The notes: generated from the letters alone by a model not told the origin. A DNA stretch of 64,000 nt from Bacteroidales bacterium (GCA_016936975.1 JAFGWU010000036.1:14838-78837); one strand, 5' to 3'; counted from the first letter of the stretch, positions 20,464-32,573 are shown. Translations and numbers: made by a program.

Positions 20464-21018
20464 ATGAAATATTTACCAAATCTTCAAAAGAGATACACCG
20501 AAGAGGTTGTTCCTGCACTGGTCAAACAATTCGGTTATAAATCTGTAATGCAGGTTCCAAGGCTTCAGAAGATTATTATCAATCAAGGTGTTGGACAGGC
20601 AATTGCGGATAAGAAATTAATTGATATTGCCCAGGAGGAACTCAGTTTAATTTCAGGACAAAAAGCTGTTCAAACGATTTCAAAAAAGGATGTGTCCAAC
20701 TTTAAGCTCCGCAGGGGAATGCCTATAGGGGTTAAGGTTACCCTGCGTCGTGAAAGAATGTATGAATTCATGGAACGCCTTATAAATGTTGCACTTCCCA
20801 GAATTCGTGACTTTAATGGCGTTACCGCGAAATTCGACGGAAAAGGGAATTATACGATGGGGATTACGGAGCAGATTATCTTTCCCGAGATCGATATCGA
20901 CAAAATAAGCAAAATCATGGGAATGGAAATAACATTTGTTACTTCCGCTCCTACGGATGAAGAGGGTTTTACCCTCCTGAAGGAATTTGGATTACCGTTC
21001 AAAAACGTAAAAAAATAG
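20464..21018 (+). CDS. rplE: 50S ribosomal protein L5
   Basis: Typical L5 sequence (PRIRDFNG....[19 protein letters not shown]), 184 aa. Confidence 0.97.
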   Translation: MKYLPNLQKRYTEEVVPALVKQFGYKSVMQVPRLQKIIINQGVGQAIADKKLIDIAQEELSLISGQKAVQTISKKDVSNFKLRRGMPIGVKVTLRRERMYEFMERLINVALPRIRDFNGVTAKFDGKGNYTMGITEQIIFPEIDIDKISKIMGMEITFVTSAPTDEEGFTLLKEFGLPFKNVKK

Positions 21019-21022
21019 AAGT

Positions 21023-21292
21023 ATGGCCAAAGAATCAATGAAAGCCCGTGAGGTAAAGCGTAAGCAATTGGTCGACAAATACGCAGAGAAAAGAGCTAAG
21101 CTTAAAACTGAAGGAGACTATATCGCTCTCAGCCGTTTACCCAGGAATTCCAACCCTATAAGACTGCATAACAGATGCAGATTGACAGGGCGCCCGAAAG
21201 GATATATGAGGCAATTTGGCATCAGCAGGATCACATTCAGGGAGATGGCTTCTGAAGGATTGATCCCGGGTGTTAAGAAAGCCAGCTGGTAG
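21023..21292 (+). CDS. rpsN: 30S ribosomal protein S14 (long, zinc-less form)
   Basis: 89 aa, [24 protein letters not shown]...PGV.KASW. Confidence 0.96.
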   Translation: MAKESMKAREVKRKQLVDKYAEKRAKLKTEGDYIALSRLPRNSNPIRLHNRCRLTGRPKGYMRQFGISRITFREMASEGLIPGVKKASW

Positions 21293-21325
21293 TTTTAGTA
21301 ATTAAAGCATAAAGTATTTAGAGAA

Positions 21326-21721
21326 ATGACAGATCCGATTGCAGATTATCTTACCCGAGTCAGGAATGCTGTAATGGCAAATCACAAAATTGTGGAGATT
21401 CCGGCTTCAAATATAAAGAAGGATATTACCCGTATTCTTTTTGAAAAAGGTTTTATTCTGAATTACAAATTTGAGGATTCAGGGCCACAGGGGAATATAA
21501 AAATTGCATTGAAATATAACCGTGAAACGAAAACGCCTGCTATTAAATCGATCGAGCGTATCAGTAAACCAGGTCTCAGAAAATATGTGGATAAGGATAG
21601 TATTCCAAGGGTTCTGAATGGACTGGGGGTAGCCATTATTTCAACCTCACAGGGGGTTATGACGGACAAGGAAGCCCGAAAGCTGAATATAGGCGGAGAG
21701 GTTTTGTGTTATGTTTACTAA
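21326..21721 (+). CDS. rpsH: 30S ribosomal protein S8
   Basis: [26 protein letters not shown], 131 aa. Confidence 0.98.
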   Translation: MTDPIADYLTRVRNAVMANHKIVEIPASNIKKDITRILFEKGFILNYKFEDSGPQGNIKIALKYNRETKTPAIKSIERISKPGLRKYVDKDSIPRVLNGLGVAIISTSQGVMTDKEARKLNIGGEVLCYVY

Positions 21722-21735
21722 TAAGCCAAATTACT

Positions 21736-22290
21736 ATGTCAAGAATTGGAATTTTACCTATTGAAATACCGGAAGGCGTCACCGTAACAGTTGATAAAGA
21801 TAATCTTGTTACTGTTAAAGGACCTAAGGGAGAATTACAGCAAAAGGTTGACAGCAGCATAACTTTGAAGGTTGAAAATAACACCCTGGAATTAAGCAGG
21901 AAGAGTGAAGAGAAAGACCATAAATCCAAACACGGATTATACAGATCCCTGGTTAACAATATGGTCGTTGGTGTATCCAGAGGTTATACCATTCAGCAGG
22001 AGCTTGTAGGGGTTGGTTATCGTGCCGAAGCCAAAGGACAGAGACTGGAAATGAGCCTTGGATTTTCTCATGATGTACATATGGAGCTGCCCCCGGAGGT
22101 TCATGTTGAAACGAAAACGGAAAGACGGAGCAATCCAATAATTACACTGACCAGTTGCGATAAGCAATTGCTTGGAGCGGTAGCGGCCAAGATCAGATCG
22201 TTACGTCCGCCGGAACCCTACAAAGGAAAAGGGATACGCTTTGTCGGTGAAGAGGTTCGCCGGAAAGCTGGAAAAGCAGCAAGTGTTTAA
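21736..22290 (+). CDS. rplF: 50S ribosomal protein L6
   Basis: Start trimmed to the ATG giving [27 protein letters not shown] present. The track ORF start at 21706 would overlap rpsH. Confidence 0.96.
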   Translation: MSRIGILPIEIPEGVTVTVDKDNLVTVKGPKGELQQKVDSSITLKVENNTLELSRKSEEKDHKSKHGLYRSLVNNMVVGVSRGYTIQQELVGVGYRAEAKGQRLEMSLGFSHDVHMELPPEVHVETKTERRSNPIITLTSCDKQLLGAVAAKIRSLRPPEPYKGKGIRFVGEEVRRKAGKAASV

Positions 22291-22310
22291 TAATAATTTG
22301 TAAGCAGAAA

Positions 22311-22667
22311 ATGGCTTTAACGAAAAAAGAGAGAAGAACGAGGATTAAATTCAGGATAAGAAAAAGATTGTCCGGTACCTCTGACAAACCAAGGATGTCT
22401 GTTTTCAGGAGTAACAAGCAGATCTATGTTCAATTGATTGATGATGTCAATGGTGTTACACTGTTATCTACCTCTTCAAAAATCAAGGAGATTGCAGGGC
22501 AGAAAGTCAATAAGACTGACCAGGCCAGGCTTGTAGGAAAAAAGGTCGCAGAGATAGCCTCTGAAAAAGGAATCAAGGAGGTGGTATTTGACCGAAACGG
22601 TTATTTGTATCATGGCAGGGTCAAGAGTTTAGCCGATGCTGCCAGGGAAAACGGATTAAAATTTTAA
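22311..22667 (+). CDS. rplR: 50S ribosomal protein L18
   Basis: [20 protein letters not shown]...[23 protein letters not shown], 118 aa. Confidence 0.97.
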   Translation: MALTKKERRTRIKFRIRKRLSGTSDKPRMSVFRSNKQIYVQLIDDVNGVTLLSTSSKIKEIAGQKVNKTDQARLVGKKVAEIASEKGIKEVVFDRNGYLYHGRVKSLADAARENGLKF

Positions 22668-22673
22668 AGGACC

Positions 22674-23189
22674 ATGACAACGAGTATCAGAAAGGTAAAA
22701 ACAAGTGATCTGGAGCTAAAAGACCGTTTGGTCAGTATTCAGCGTGTTACGAAGGTGACGAAAGGTGGCCGGACGTTCAGTTTCTCAGCAATCGTGGTGG
22801 TTGGAAATGAAGATGGTATTGTCGGATACGGACTTGGCAAAGCGAACGAGGTAACTACTGCAATAGCAAAAGGTGTAGAAGATGCCAAGAAAAATCTCAT
22901 AAAGGTTCCGGTGTTGAATGGGACCATTCCGCATGAGCAAATTGCAAAATATGGAGGAGCTACTGTTTTTATCAAACCGGCTTCGAGTGGTACGGGTGTA
23001 AAGGCAGGAGGAGCCATGAGGGCGGTTTTTGAGAGTGTTGGCATAAAAGATGTCCTCGCAAAATCAAAAGGTTCATCCAATCCACATAACCTTGTCAAAG
23101 CAACATTCGAAGCTCTGCTTGAGCTTCGCGATGCAAACAGCGTGGCTTCGCACAGAGGTGTGACAATGGATAAAGTATTTAACGGTTAA
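22674..23189 (+). CDS. rpsE: 30S ribosomal protein S5
   Basis: [29 protein letters not shown], 171 aa. Confidence 0.97.
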   Translation: MTTSIRKVKTSDLELKDRLVSIQRVTKVTKGGRTFSFSAIVVVGNEDGIVGYGLGKANEVTTAIAKGVEDAKKNLIKVPVLNGTIPHEQIAKYGGATVFIKPASSGTGVKAGGAMRAVFESVGIKDVLAKSKGSSNPHNLVKATFEALLELRDANSVASHRGVTMDKVFNG

Positions 23190-23200
23190 TTCTTCGGATC

Positions 23201-23383
23201 ATGGGAAAAATCAAAGTAACCCAAATAAAAAGTGCCATTAAAAGACCTTTAAACCAGAAGCGGACTCTGGAAGCGTTAGGCCTGAGAAAATTAAATCAGA
23301 GTATTGAGGCGGAAGCAACACCTCAGATACTCGGAATGGTGAAAAAGGTGTCCCATCTTGTGCGGGTGGAGGATGTTAAATAA
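23201..23383 (+). CDS. rpmD: 50S ribosomal protein L30
   Basis: 60 aa, KIKVTQIKS.I.R...QK.TL.ALGLRK. Confidence 0.95.
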   Translation: MGKIKVTQIKSAIKRPLNQKRTLEALGLRKLNQSIEAEATPQILGMVKKVSHLVRVEDVK

Positions 23384-23404
23384 AAATTCAATCAATTAAT
23401 AAAA

Positions 23405-23851
23405 ATGGATTTAAGCAATTTAAAACCGGCAAAAGGTTCAACCAATAAACGAAAAAGAATTGGACGCGGTCAGGGCTCAGGATACGGAGGAACCTCAACC
23501 CGAGGGCATAAAGGCCAAAAATCCCGTTCAGGATATTCCCGTAAGGTGGGATTTGAGGGAGGACAGATGCCTTTACAGCGACGGGTTCCGAAATACGGTT
23601 TCCAAAATATCAACAGAAAAGAATATAAAGCTATTAATATCAGTGTACTACAGGATCTGGCAGAAAAAAGAAACCTCACTGATATTTCTGTTGATACATT
23701 GATTGAGGCAGGATTGGTTCCAAAGAACACACTGGTTAAAATACTGGGAAACGGTGAATTAAAAAGTAAACTGAATGTTAAAGCTCATGCGTTCTCCAAG
23801 TCTGCTGTAGAGGCCATTGAAGCTTTGGAAGGAACTGTAGAAAAAATCTGA
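23405..23851 (+). CDS. rplO: 50S ribosomal protein L15
   Basis: LSNLKPAKGS...RIGRG.GSG.GGTS.RGHKGQKSRSG, 148 aa. Confidence 0.97.
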   Translation: MDLSNLKPAKGSTNKRKRIGRGQGSGYGGTSTRGHKGQKSRSGYSRKVGFEGGQMPLQRRVPKYGFQNINRKEYKAINISVLQDLAEKRNLTDISVDTLIEAGLVPKNTLVKILGNGELKSKLNVKAHAFSKSAVEAIEALEGTVEKI

Positions 23852-23854
23852 TGC

Positions 23855-25189
23855 ATGAAAAAGTTCATAGAAACCATAAAAAATATCTGGAAAATTGAAG
23901 ACCTGAGGTCCAGGATTCTTTACACGCTCGGTATTTTGTTGGTTTACAGGTTGGGAACTCATGTGGTGCTTCCCGGAATTGATCCGACAAAATTAGCGAA
24001 TTTGCAGCAGCCCACAGGAAATATCCTGGATTTGCTTAATCTTTTTACGGGAGGAGCATTTGCAAGGGCTTCAATATTCGGATTGGGCATTATGCCCTAC
24101 ATTTCAGCTTCGATTGTTGTTCAGCTTCTTGGCATAGCCGTTCCTTATTTTCAAAGACTTCAAAGAGAAGGTGAAAGCGGAAGAAGGAAAATAAATCAGA
24201 TCACCAGATACCTTACCGTTGCTATTCTGATTCCTCAGGGTCTGAGTTATGTAACCAGTCTGAGATACCAGTTGCCACCCGATGCTTTTTTTGGAAATTT
24301 TTCGAGAATTGCAGCCATGATTATCCTGACTGCAGGGACCATGTTTATTATGTGGCTTGGAGAAAGAATCACAGATAAAGGAATAGGAAATGGTATTTCC
24401 CTGATTATCATGATTGGTATTATTGCCCGAATGCCGCAGTCCCTGGGATTGGAGTTTATGTCAAGATTGGAGCAGCAGGGCGGTGGGCTAGTGGCATTCA
24501 TTGTTGAAATTCTGTTCCTCTTTATTGTTTTTATGGGAACCATCCTGCTGGTTCAGGGGACGCGACGTATACCGGTACAGTATGCCAAACGGATTGTCGG
24601 CAACAAGCAGTATGGAGGGGTTCGCCAGTACATACCCCTTAAGGTGAATGCCGCCGGTGTAATGCCGATTATATTTGCCCAGGCATTGATGTTTATCCCG
24701 ATTACAGTTGCGGGATTTGCCAAAGGGGATGCCGCTTCGGGTTTTGCCGCAGCATTTTCAAACATTACAGGATTCTGGTACAATTTTGTAAATGCAATGT
24801 TGATTATTTTGTTTACTTATTTCTATACCGCTATTACCATTAATCCAACACAGATGGCTGAGGATATGAAGAAAAATGGAGGATTCATTCCCGGTGTTAA
24901 GCCTGGCAGGAAGACGGCAGATTTCCTCGATACCATTATGTCGAGAATAACATTACCGGGTTCAATATTTCTCGCTTTTGTTGCGATTATGCCGGCATTT
25001 GCAATGATGGCAGGTGTTAGCAGCAGTTTTGCTCAGTTCTATGGGGGAACATCCCTCCTGATTATGGTTGGTGTAATTCTCGACACGCTGCAGCAAATAG
25101 AAAGTCACCTTCTGATGCGACATTATGACGGATTGATGAAATCGGGAGCCAGGATTAAGGGCCGTATGGGTAGCGCAGCGGCTATTTAG
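23855..25189 (+). CDS. secY: Preprotein translocase subunit SecY
   Basis: 444 aa polytopic membrane protein (GIMPYISASIVVQLL, GERITDKGIGNGISLII) in the conserved position. Confidence 0.97.
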   Translation: MKKFIETIKNIWKIEDLRSRILYTLGILLVYRLGTHVVLPGIDPTKLANLQQPTGNILDLLNLFTGGAFARASIFGLGIMPYISASIVVQLLGIAVPYFQRLQREGESGRRKINQITRYLTVAILIPQGLSYVTSLRYQLPPDAFFGNFSRIAAMIILTAGTMFIMWLGERITDKGIGNGISLIIMIGIIARMPQSLGLEFMSRLEQQGGGLVAFIVEILFLFIVFMGTILLVQGTRRIPVQYAKRIVGNKQYGGVRQYIPLKVNAAGVMPIIFAQALMFIPITVAGFAKGDAASGFAAAFSNITGFWYNFVNAMLIILFTYFYTAITINPTQMAEDMKKNGGFIPGVKPGRKTADFLDTIMSRITLPGSIFLAFVAIMPAFAMMAGVSSSFAQFYGGTSLLIMVGVILDTLQQIESHLLMRHYDGLMKSGARIKGRMGSAAAI

Positions 25190-25208
25190 AGAATAATAGA
25201 AACGTTCT

Positions 25209-25985
25209 TTGATGATATTTTTAAAGACAGCAGAGGAGATTGAACGATTAAGGGAAAGCAATTTATTGGTATCCAAGACGCTGGCAGAGGTTGCCAAGCA
25301 TATTAAACCAGGTGTGACTACCGAACAGCTCGACCGGGTCGCGGAGGAGTTTATACGGGATCACAAAGGCATACCGGGTTTCAAAGGATACCATGGATTT
25401 CCGAAGACACTCTGTACTTCACTGAATTCGCAGGTTGTACACGGGATTCCATCTTCTAAGGTCATCCTCAGGGAAGGCGATATCATTTCTGTTGATTGTG
25501 GCGTGATCCTTGATGGGTTTTACGGAGATTCCGCTTTCAGCTTTGAAGTTGGAGAGATCAGTGAGGAAACCCGAAAATTATTGCAGGTGACGCGGGAGAG
25601 CCTGTTCAAAGGAATAGAGCAGGCTGTTGATGGCAAACGAACAGGGGATATCGGATATGCAGTGCAGAACCATGCAGAGAAAAACGGTTTTTCTGTGGTC
25701 AGGGAAATGGTTGGTCATGGTTTGGGCCGGAACATGCATGAGGAACCTGAGGTGCCCAATTATGGAAGACGCGGGACAGGGGTCAGGTTGAGTAAGGGAA
25801 TGGTGATCTGTATTGAACCGATGATCAATATGGGGAGAAAACAGATCCAGCAGGAACCCGACGGATGGACCATACGCACTGCTGATAATAAACCTTCTGC
25901 TCATTTTGAGCTGGCAATTGCAATTGATAAAGGGAAGGCGGATATTTTATCAACTTTTTCCTTTATAGAGGAGGTATTAAATTAA
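25209..25985 (+). CDS. map: Type I methionine aminopeptidase
   Basis: VVHGIP, DCG....GFYGDSA, GHG.G...HE.P.V.NY and CIEPM motifs, 258 aa. Confidence 0.96.
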   Translation: MMIFLKTAEEIERLRESNLLVSKTLAEVAKHIKPGVTTEQLDRVAEEFIRDHKGIPGFKGYHGFPKTLCTSLNSQVVHGIPSSKVILREGDIISVDCGVILDGFYGDSAFSFEVGEISEETRKLLQVTRESLFKGIEQAVDGKRTGDIGYAVQNHAEKNGFSVVREMVGHGLGRNMHEEPEVPNYGRRGTGVRLSKGMVICIEPMINMGRKQIQQEPDGWTIRTADNKPSAHFELAIAIDKGKADILSTFSFIEEVLN

Positions 25986-25996
25986 CATAGTATCAA

Positions 25997-26215
25997 ATGG
26001 CAAAACAACCGTCAATTGAACAGGATGGTGTGATTACTGAAGCACTGTCGAATGCAATGTTCCGGGTTGAGCTGGAGAATGGACACGTTATCACAGCCCA
26101 TATTTCCGGAAAAATGCGCATGCATTATATTAAGTTGTTACCGGGTGACAAGGTGAAAGTCGAAATGTCCCCTTATGACCTAACAAAAGGAAGAATTTCA
26201 TTCAGATATAAATAG
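25997..26215 (+). CDS. infA: Translation initiation factor IF-1
   Basis: 72 aa, [17 protein letters not shown]...[28 protein letters not shown]. Confidence 0.98.
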   Translation: MAKQPSIEQDGVITEALSNAMFRVELENGHVITAHISGKMRMHYIKLLPGDKVKVEMSPYDLTKGRISFRYK

Positions 26216-26226
26216 GAGATAAGAAA

Positions 26227-26343
26227 ATGAAAGTCAGAGCATCTGTTAAAAAGCGAAGTTCCGATTGCAAAATTGTCCGGAGGAAGGGTCGCTTGTATAT
26301 TATTAATAAGAAGAATCCCAAATTTAAGCAGCGCCAGGGATAA
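26227..26343 (+). CDS. rpmJ: 50S ribosomal protein L36 (zinc-less form); not in the ORF track
   Basis: Manual translation gives [38 protein letters not shown], 38 aa plus TAA. It sits in the canonical infA-rpmJ-rpsM position, with AGGAG 8 nt upstream. Confidence 0.95.
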   Translation: MKVRASVKKRSSDCKIVRRKGRLYIINKKNPKFKQRQG

Positions 26344-26373
26344 TATTAATCATTAAAAACCAATGAAATAACT

Positions 26374-26751
26374 ATGGCAAGAATAGTTGGTGTTGACCTG
26401 CCCAAAAACAAAAGAGGAGAAATTGGACTTACCTATATATACGGGATTGGTCGTAGTTCTGCTCAGAAAATACTGGATAAGGCAGGTGTGGACCGCAATA
26501 TCAAAGTGAAGGACTGGAGCGATGATCAAATTTCCAGCATCCGTAAAGTAGTAAATGAATCCTACAAAGTTGAAGGGGAACTGCGTTCGTCCGTTCAGTT
26601 AAACATAAAACGTTTAATGGATATTGGCTCTTACAGGGGAATTCGCCACAGAATCGGACTGCCTGTAAGGGGGCAAAGTACAAAAAATAATGCCAGGACC
26701 CGGAAGGGACGGAAAAAGACTGTAGCAAACAAAAAGAAAGCAACTAAATAA
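26374..26751 (+). CDS. rpsM: 30S ribosomal protein S13
   Basis: [12 protein letters not shown]....[28 protein letters not shown], 125 aa. Confidence 0.98.
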   Translation: MARIVGVDLPKNKRGEIGLTYIYGIGRSSAQKILDKAGVDRNIKVKDWSDDQISSIRKVVNESYKVEGELRSSVQLNIKRLMDIGSYRGIRHRIGLPVRGQSTKNNARTRKGRKKTVANKKKATK

Positions 26752-26764
26752 GTCGATTTAGATT

Positions 26765-27154
26765 ATGGCAAAGAAGACAGGATCGTCAAAAAAGCGTTCA
26801 GTAAAGATTGAACCGACGGGGCAGGCGCATGTTCATGCCTCTTTCAACAATATAATTATTTCCCTGACAAACAACCAGGGTCAGGTAATATCATGGGCCT
26901 CTTCAGGAAAAATGGGTTTTAAAGGTTCTAAAAAGAATACACCCTATGCTGCTCAGATGGCTGCGCAGGAATGTGCCAAAACTGCCTATGACCTGGGATT
27001 GAGAAAAGTCAAGGTATTTGTGAAGGGGCCAGGAGCCGGAAGAGAATCCGCGATCAGAACCATTCATACAGCCGGAATTGAAGTTACGGAGATTGTGGAT
27101 GTGACTCCGCTTCCCCATAATGGATGCCGCCCTGCAAAGAGACGTAGAGTATAA
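26765..27154 (+). CDS. rpsK: 30S ribosomal protein S11
   Basis: [36 protein letters not shown], 129 aa. Confidence 0.98.
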   Translation: MAKKTGSSKKRSVKIEPTGQAHVHASFNNIIISLTNNQGQVISWASSGKMGFKGSKKNTPYAAQMAAQECAKTAYDLGLRKVKVFVKGPGAGRESAIRTIHTAGIEVTEIVDVTPLPHNGCRPAKRRRV

Positions 27155-27183
27155 CGACGAAACAAACATTTAAATAAATCATA

Positions 27184-27792
27184 ATGGCAAGATACAGAGG
27201 TCCTAAAACCAAGATTGCTAGAAAATTCGGTGAGCCCATTTTTGGAACGGATAAATCTTTTGAAAAGAAGAATTATCCGCCGGGACAACACGGAGCGAAT
27301 AAAAGAAGACGTAAATCCTCCGAATATGGCTTACAGTTAAAAGAAAAGCAGAAGGCCAAATATACATATGGTGTTCTTGAAAAGCAATTCAGAAATTTGT
27401 TTGAAAAGGCTATGAGGAGTAAAGGCGTAACCGGGGAGGTGCTGCTCCAACTCCTGGAATCACGATTGGATAATGTTGTCTACAGGCTTGGTATTGCCCC
27501 ATCCAGATCTTCTGCCCGCCAGCTGGTTACCCACAGACATATCACCGTTAACGGTGAGATTCTCAATATACCCTCTTACACCCTGAAACCAGGTGATATT
27601 GTAAGTATACGGGAGAAATCGAAGTCCCTTGAAGTTATTTCAGATTCCCTTTCTGCCAGAAGGTCGGGTTCGTCATCCTGGCTTGAGTGGGATGAACAAC
27701 AAATGATCGGCAAATTTCTCAACAGGCCCGAACGTGAAGAAATACCGGAGACCATCAAGGAACAACTAATCGTCGAATTGTATTCTAAATAA
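27184..27792 (+). CDS. rpsD: 30S ribosomal protein S4
   Basis: [38 protein letters not shown], 202 aa. Confidence 0.98.
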   Translation: MARYRGPKTKIARKFGEPIFGTDKSFEKKNYPPGQHGANKRRRKSSEYGLQLKEKQKAKYTYGVLEKQFRNLFEKAMRSKGVTGEVLLQLLESRLDNVVYRLGIAPSRSSARQLVTHRHITVNGEILNIPSYTLKPGDIVSIREKSKSLEVISDSLSARRSGSSSWLEWDEQQMIGKFLNRPEREEIPETIKEQLIVELYSK

Positions 27793-27809
27793 AAAAATAT
27801 AAGTCAATT

Positions 27810-28802
27810 ATGGCCATTTTAGCATTTCAAAAACCGGATAAAGTTATAATGCTTGAAGCCGACGAAACGTACGGCAAATTCGAATTCCGCCCTCTTGAAC
27901 CAGGTTATGGTATTACTGTAGGAAATGCATTGCGTCGCATATTACTTTCATCACTGGAGGGATATGCTATTACAACCATAAAGATTGATGGCGTTGAACA
28001 TGAATTTTCCACCATCACGGGAGTCATCGAGGATTTGACTGAAATCATACTGAATCTTAAACAGATATCATTCAAAAGGCAAATCGAGGATATTGATGAT
28101 GAAAAAATTATGGTGACAATATCCGGACAGGAAGAATTTAAGGCTGGTGATCTTCAAAGGTTCCTGAGCGGATTCAAGGTCCTGAACCCCGACCTGGTCA
28201 TATGCCATATGGAACCCGATGTAAAGCTTCAGATGGAGATTACTATAAATAAAGGAAGAGGTTATGTGCCTGCTGAGGAAAATAAGCCGGAGGAATCAGA
28301 ATTCGGTTTGATAGCCATTGATTCAATTTACACTCCGATAAAAAATGTTCGATATGAGGTTGAGAATTATCGTGTTGAACAAAAAACGGATTACGAAAAA
28401 CTGATAGTTGAAGTAAATACAAATGGTTCCATTCATCCAAAAGATGCACTTAAAGAGGCCGCCAAAATTCTTATCTATCATTTCATGCTGTTCTCCGATG
28501 AGAAAATTACACTCGATACGGATGAGAAATTTGCCAATGAGGAATTTGATGAAGAGGTATTGCATATGCGCCAGTTGCTGAAGGCGAAACTGGTCGATCT
28601 GGACCTTTCGGTTCGTGCACTGAATTGCCTCAAGGCAGCTGAGGTTGAAACATTGGGAGATCTGGTCAAATTCAATAAGAATGATCTTCTGAAATTCAGG
28701 AACTTTGGAAAAAAATCGCTTACAGAATTGGAAGAATTGCTTACCAATATGAATCTTACATTTGGGATGGATACCAGTAAGTATAAACTTGACAAGGATT
28801 AA
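27810..28802 (+). CDS. rpoA: DNA-directed RNA polymerase subunit alpha
   Basis: 330 aa, N-terminal domain ([24 protein letters not shown]) and C-terminal domain ([18 protein letters not shown]). Confidence 0.98.
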   Translation: MAILAFQKPDKVIMLEADETYGKFEFRPLEPGYGITVGNALRRILLSSLEGYAITTIKIDGVEHEFSTITGVIEDLTEIILNLKQISFKRQIEDIDDEKIMVTISGQEEFKAGDLQRFLSGFKVLNPDLVICHMEPDVKLQMEITINKGRGYVPAEENKPEESEFGLIAIDSIYTPIKNVRYEVENYRVEQKTDYEKLIVEVNTNGSIHPKDALKEAAKILIYHFMLFSDEKITLDTDEKFANEEFDEEVLHMRQLLKAKLVDLDLSVRALNCLKAAEVETLGDLVKFNKNDLLKFRNFGKKSLTELEELLTNMNLTFGMDTSKYKLDKD

Positions 28803-28807
28803 TTGAA

Positions 28808-29488
28808 ATGAGACATAGGAAAAGTTTTAATCATTTAGGAAGAACCAGTGCCCACAGAAAAGCCATGCTTTCAAATATGGCATCTTCTCTCATTATGCAG
28901 AAACGCATAAAAACAACCACTGCAAAAGCGAAAGCTTTAAAGCAGTATCTTGAGCCGATTATTACCAGGTCAAAGGATGACACCACACATTCGAGAAGGG
29001 TCGTCTTCAATTACCTGCAGGATAAGGACGCAGTTACGGAGCTTTTTAGGGAGGTTGCCGTGAAAGTTAAAGATCGTCCCGGCGGATACACACGGATCAT
29101 AAAGCTGGGATCCCGTTTGGGCGATAGTGCCGAAATGTGTTTCATCGAGCTGGTTGATTATAACGAAAACCTGCTTGCTGAGAAGGCCGCCGAAAAGAAA
29201 ACAACGCGCAGAAGAAGAGGTACCCGGAAAAAAGAACAAACCGGTGCAGAAGTTACACCACCTCCAACCCAACAGAAAGAGGAGGATACTACCGTGAAGG
29301 AAGAACCTGTATCGGAGGGGTTATCTGATGAGGAACCTGTTGCGGATGCATTGCATGAAGAACAGCCCTCTGAGAAAGAACCACCTGTTAAAGAAGAAGC
29401 TCTGGAATCGGAAGACGATGAAAAGCAGGAGAAAAAACAGGAAACAAAAGGCGATAATAACGATTCGGAGAAAAAAGATTCAGAATAA
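28808..29488 (+). CDS. rplQ: 50S ribosomal protein L17 with a long acidic/lysine-rich C-terminal extension
   Basis: L17 core runs to about residue 118 ([21 protein letters not shown]...[20 protein letters not shown]), followed by about 108 low-complexity residues. Confidence 0.96.
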   Translation: MRHRKSFNHLGRTSAHRKAMLSNMASSLIMQKRIKTTTAKAKALKQYLEPIITRSKDDTTHSRRVVFNYLQDKDAVTELFREVAVKVKDRPGGYTRIIKLGSRLGDSAEMCFIELVDYNENLLAEKAAEKKTTRRRRGTRKKEQTGAEVTPPPTQQKEEDTTVKEEPVSEGLSDEEPVADALHEEQPSEKEPPVKEEALESEDDEKQEKKQETKGDNNDSEKKDSE

Positions 29489-29515
29489 AATAACCTCTGG
29501 ATTTTTTATATTATC

Positions 29516-29552
29516 AGGGATAAAGTAATTTTGTATGCTTTATCCCTTTTTT
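29516..29552 (+). terminator. Rho-independent terminator after rplQ
   Basis: AGGGATAAAG (29516-29525) pairs with CTTTATCCCT (29538-29547) around a 12-nt loop, followed by TTTTT. Confidence 0.7.
29526..29533 (+). promoter_or_regulatory. Candidate -7 box (TAatTTTG) for eno, inside the terminator loop
   Basis: Exact TAnnTTTG match, ending 41 nt before the eno ATG at 29575. Confidence 0.3.
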
Positions 29553-29571
29553 CATCTTTAAAAATTAATAA

Positions 29572-30849
<1,278 letters not shown>

Positions 30850-30880
30850 TTGAAGAATATCAGGGATTCATTCCTTGCAA

Positions 30881-30908
30881 GCCCCTGAGTGCTCAGGGGC
30901 TTTTTTTT
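30881..30908 (+). terminator. Rho-independent terminator after eno
   Basis: GC-rich hairpin GCCCCTG/CAGGGGC (30881-30900) followed by T8. Confidence 0.85.
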
Positions 30909-31007
30909 ATGATAATATCTTACTGCAGAATATTGATATACTTCGATATATTGGCTATATTCGGTCCTTCAACTCTATTGTTAAACACTTAATAAATCAC
31001 TTGAAAT

Positions 31008-32327
31008 ATGTCTATTCTGAAGCAAAAGCTGTATGAAAAAATCGAGTTCTGGAGACCAAGAACTGAGAAGCTGTTAAAAAAATATGGGAATGTTGTCGTT
31101 GATCAGGTAACGATCGGACAGGTCATTGGCGGTATGCGAGGACTGAAAAGCCTCGTAACAGATATTTCTTATCTGGACCCGCAGGAGGGGATTCGCTACA
31201 GGGGTTACACCCTTGAGGAGCTTTTCAAGAAATTGCCCAGAGCTCCCAAAGCAGAAATGCCATATGTTGAGGGTCTTTATTATCTGCTGTTAACCGGTGA
31301 TATTCCAACGGATACCCAGGTATCTGATGTGGCTGATGAATTTAATAAAAGAAGAATTCTGCCCAGGTATGTTTATGAGGTTATCGATGCTTTTCCATCG
31401 CTCTCCCCGCCAATGGCTATTTTCTCTGCGGCCATTCTTACTATGCAAAGAGAATCGTTTTTCAGCAAGAAATATCATGGAGGCATCAATAAGATGGATT
31501 ATTGGGAGCCTACCTATGAAGATGCGATGAATCTTCTGGCAAAATTGCCGGAAGTGGCAGCCTATATCTATTCGAAGCTCTATAAGGATGGGAAGAGAAT
31601 TCATTCAAATCCGAATCTGGACTTCGGGGCAAATTTCGCACATATGATGGGGATTCCCGCTCCTTATGACGACGTTTCGCGACTCAATTTCATCCTGCAT
31701 GCTGACCACGAAAGTGGTAATGTGAGTGCACATGCAGGTCATCTCGTGGCAAGTTCCCTGTCAGATATATATTTATCAATTTCTGCAATGATTAACGGAC
31801 TTGCCGGACCTTTACATGGTCTGGCTAATCAGGAGGTTCTCAGATGGCTGCAGGAACTGGTTGAAAAAATGGAAGGTGCTATTCCGACAGAGGCTGAAAT
31901 GCAACAATTCGTCTGGGACATACTGAATGCAGGACAGGTAATTCCCGGTTTTGGACATGCTGTATTAAGGAAAACCGATCCAAGATATATGCTGCAAAGA
32001 GAGTTCTGTCTTACCCATCTTAAAGATGATCTGCTATTTAAATATACCGATCTCCTGTTTAAGGTTGTTCCTCCTATCCTTAAAGAACATGGCAAGGCAA
32101 AAAACCCCTGGCCCAACGTTGATGCTCAGTCCGGTATAATCCAGTGGCATTACGGCATCAAGGAATATGATTTTTATACTGTTTTGTTTGGGATCGGTCG
32201 TGCACTCGGCGTAGCTGCAAATATTATCTGGGACAGGGCACTGGGTTATCCTATTGAAAGACCCAAATCGATAACCACAGATATGCTGGAAAATATTGCA
32301 TTACAAAGCAATAAGAACAAAAAATAG
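31008..32327 (+). CDS. gltA: Citrate synthase
   Basis: LHADHE, GPLHGLANQE, GFGHAVLRKTDPR, 439 aa. Confidence 0.93.
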   Translation: MSILKQKLYEKIEFWRPRTEKLLKKYGNVVVDQVTIGQVIGGMRGLKSLVTDISYLDPQEGIRYRGYTLEELFKKLPRAPKAEMPYVEGLYYLLLTGDIPTDTQVSDVADEFNKRRILPRYVYEVIDAFPSLSPPMAIFSAAILTMQRESFFSKKYHGGINKMDYWEPTYEDAMNLLAKLPEVAAYIYSKLYKDGKRIHSNPNLDFGANFAHMMGIPAPYDDVSRLNFILHADHESGNVSAHAGHLVASSLSDIYLSISAMINGLAGPLHGLANQEVLRWLQELVEKMEGAIPTEAEMQQFVWDILNAGQVIPGFGHAVLRKTDPRYMLQREFCLTHLKDDLLFKYTDLLFKVVPPILKEHGKAKNPWPNVDAQSGIIQWHYGIKEYDFYTVLFGIGRALGVAANIIWDRALGYPIERPKSITTDMLENIALQSNKNKK

Positions 32328-32351
32328 ATAATATCTCTGTGTTATTTTCTG

Positions 32352-32388
32352 ATTTATCTGATTTTTCGGAAATCAGATAAATTCTTTA
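32352..32388 (+). terminator. AT-rich terminator-like hairpin after citrate synthase
   Basis: Perfect 13-bp stem: ATTTATCTGATTT (32352-32364) pairs with AAATCAGATAAAT (32370-32382) around the loop TTCGG. A T-rich tail follows. Confidence 0.5.
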
Positions 32389-32573
32389 TAAAATCCTGAA
32401 TCTGACAATTCAGCAAATCGCATATGAATAATGGCCGTAATGAATCATTAAGAATATTGGCGCTGTTTTTGTACTATTCGATAAGATGGACAACAAATAG
32501 TTTTTAACCGATTTAATTTTATAAGACCATTTTAGTTGGTAATTTTATTGTGGAGGATTTAAAGCGGAACTAT

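Noticed and set aside
12055-29272. Many 60-170-aa antisense or out-of-frame ORFs inside the ribosomal protein cluster (e.g. 18837-19253, 19941-20342, 22739-23098, 24247-24543)
   Set aside because: All lie within unambiguous ribosomal protein, secY or rpoA genes. These are ORF-finder artefacts.
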